The translations under genes were made by a program, and so were the position numbers. Of a DNA stretch of 64,000 nt, positions 62,665 to 64,000 are shown in pieces (the stretch's first letter is position 1; the number at the start of each line of letters is the position of its first letter). Location of the stretch: the IMG/VR virus record IMGVR_UViG_3300020048_000048, positions 56,615 to 120,614 of that record. One strand, 5' to 3'. The stretch comes from a virus. The notes beneath the pieces are model-generated. The model saw nothing but the letters and a program-made list of their open reading frames with translations, was not told the DNA's origin and ran no database searches.

Positions 62665-63110
62665 AAAGCCTCCTTAAAAAATCCGTTAAACCAAGGGCGT
62701 TCTTCCCTCATATTATACTTATCGGAACTTTTTAAAAAAGCTTTAGGATTATTTTTAACTAAATTTTTCATCAAGAAATTTTGAAACTCTTGGACCACAT
62801 ATAGTCCAAAAATCACCGTACTTCTTAGAATACCAAACGTCGCCTTCTTGTTTGTATTGTCTGTGCCATTTTTCCGTAACACCATTGTGATTCCAAGGGT
62901 TTTCTTTGTGTTTATAATACGTCCATAACGTGAACACGATTCCTTGAACTCTCATAAAATACCTCCTAAGATCTTACACCTTAACTCTTTCACCAGTACC
63001 CTTTTCCTTTTCAATTAAATACTCCACTTCCCATGTCGGGTGTACATAAGAGCATTTTTTTTCGTTCTCAAATAAAACTTTAAGGCTTGCGTTCTTTGCC
63101 CCTTTAGTGA

Positions 63111-64000
63111 CTAATTTAGCCCATCACCTATAAGATAATTAAAGTTGGGAGTAACGTATTTAGAACTATCATCCAGTCCTATATTCATAGTGACTCTTGA
63201 ATTAGAAATTCCAACAGAACTGCTACCCAATAGGTTTCCACTTATAGTGAAAAAACTTATTCTTATAGAGTGATTGTCTTGGTAATGATTCTGATTACAC
63301 ACACCATCAAACCTAAGCTTGAATTTTGATTTATTCCATTCATATATGGCTCGTCTAATAGAATGCATGGCATAACTATTTTCGGAAGGTGGGTAATCCA
63401 CAGTACAAACTGGAACATCGCTATAAATCCTAAACATCCATTCGGTTTCAGGTACAATAGGAAGAGTTAGGTTAATAGATTCAATAAACACATAATGTAA
63501 AGAGTTTACTTCGATTATATCTTTTGAAGTTGGTGTTGCGTCATAAATATATCCTTCACGACAAACATCATACTGCATGATGCTTTTTGTGTCATAGGTA
63601 AAACTAGAGTCATAGTCCCAGTATTGAGTGTCTCTATTGATCATTTGGTCTCTAATATAGAAATTGATAGCTGGATCAAATTTCTTAAGTTTATCCCTGC
63701 AATTATATCCATAGTTTACACTATCGAACGGATGAATCAGTCCAAGTGCATGACCGAACTCATGCACCATTGTGGTATCCAGCATGTCCTGATAGAAGTT
63801 AAACATAGGAACCAAAGTAGGAACCAAAGTAGGAACCAAAGTAGGAACCAAAGTAGGAACCAAAGTAGGAACCAAAGTAGGGGATGGATTTACAGGACTT
63901 GGTGTAACAGTTGGTGATGGATTTACAGGGGGAGCTACTGGAATCTGTAAACTTTCACTACCGCAACTAATCAAACACATAAGAAGAATACTCTTATTCA
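63111..64000 (-). CDS. Lipoprotein zinc metallopeptidase (metzincin); start codon at the window edge
   Basis: HEFGHALGLIH and Met-turn SIMQY. The frame is open to the window edge (xTG-NKSILLMCLIS-C lipobox), followed by a Pro/Thr linker. Confidence 0.8.
   Translation of the reverse strand, partial: NKSILLMCLISCGSESLQIPVAPPVNPSPTVTPSPVNPSPTLVPTLVPTLVPTLVPTLVPTLVPMFNFYQDMLDTTMVHEFGHALGLIHPFDSVNYGYNCRDKLKKFDPAINFYIRDQMINRDTQYWDYDSSFTYDTKSIMQYDVCREGYIYDATPTSKDIIEVNSLHYVFIESINLTLPIVPETEWMFRIYSDVPVCTVDYPPSENSYAMHSIRRAIYEWNKSKFKLRFDGVCNQNHYQDNHSIRISFFTISGNLLGSSSVGISNSRVTMNIGLDDSSKYVTPNFNYLIGDGLN
63806..63877 (-). repeat. 12-bp tandem repeat x6 encoding PTLV
   Basis: TAGGAACCAAAG occurs six times on the plus strand. 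Confidence 0.95.

Noticed and set aside
769-62745. Dispersed TAAAG...CCGTTAAG repeats read as CRISPR repeats or integron attC sites
   Set aside because: They are irregularly spaced, always oriented into a start codon, have a variable middle and a fixed spacer length, and no cas or integron integrase gene is present. This is promoter behaviour.
63624-63917. ORF with RNQS repeats
   Set aside because: Antisense shadow of the PTLV repeat in the peptidase gene.
1-64000. Stop-codon reassignment as seen in some large phages
   Set aside because: Conserved genes (dnaE, nrdD, terL, sbcC) are full length in the standard code and coding density is high.

Overview
A 64 kb AT-rich segment of a large tailed (probably myovirus-like) bacteriophage genome, read in the standard genetic code. 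Plus-strand operons carry replication, recombination and nucleotide-metabolism genes: RecA/UvsX, SSB, DnaE, an intein-split NrdD with NrdG, a Dam-like methylase, SbcCD, a UvsW-like helicase, RNase H, dCMP deaminase and an RNA ligase. Virion and packaging genes (tail fibres, baseplate-like proteins, large terminase) are scattered, mostly on the minus strand. Many short accessory ORFs fill roughly 37-59 kb. The main signal is regulatory: I count 34 copies of T(A/C)AAG(T/G/C)T(T/A)-N11(12)-(T/G/A)CCG(T/A)TAA upstream of nearly every non-structural transcription unit. This matches the flagellar sigma-28 (FliA/SigD) promoter consensus TAAAGTTT-N11-GCCGATAA. Structural genes instead have a TTAAAATA motif, often back-to-back with a sigma-28-type promoter. 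Other notable items are a 117-nt tRNA-like RNA with a second T-arm in place of the anticodon loop, an orphan DGR-type variable region, a solo TnpB under a phage promoter, a hybrid response regulator/histidine kinase, an apparently circularly permuted metzincin lipoprotein, and a ~100-bp-period repeat with IHF-consensus sites. All protein assignments come from motifs recognised by eye; no database searches were run.
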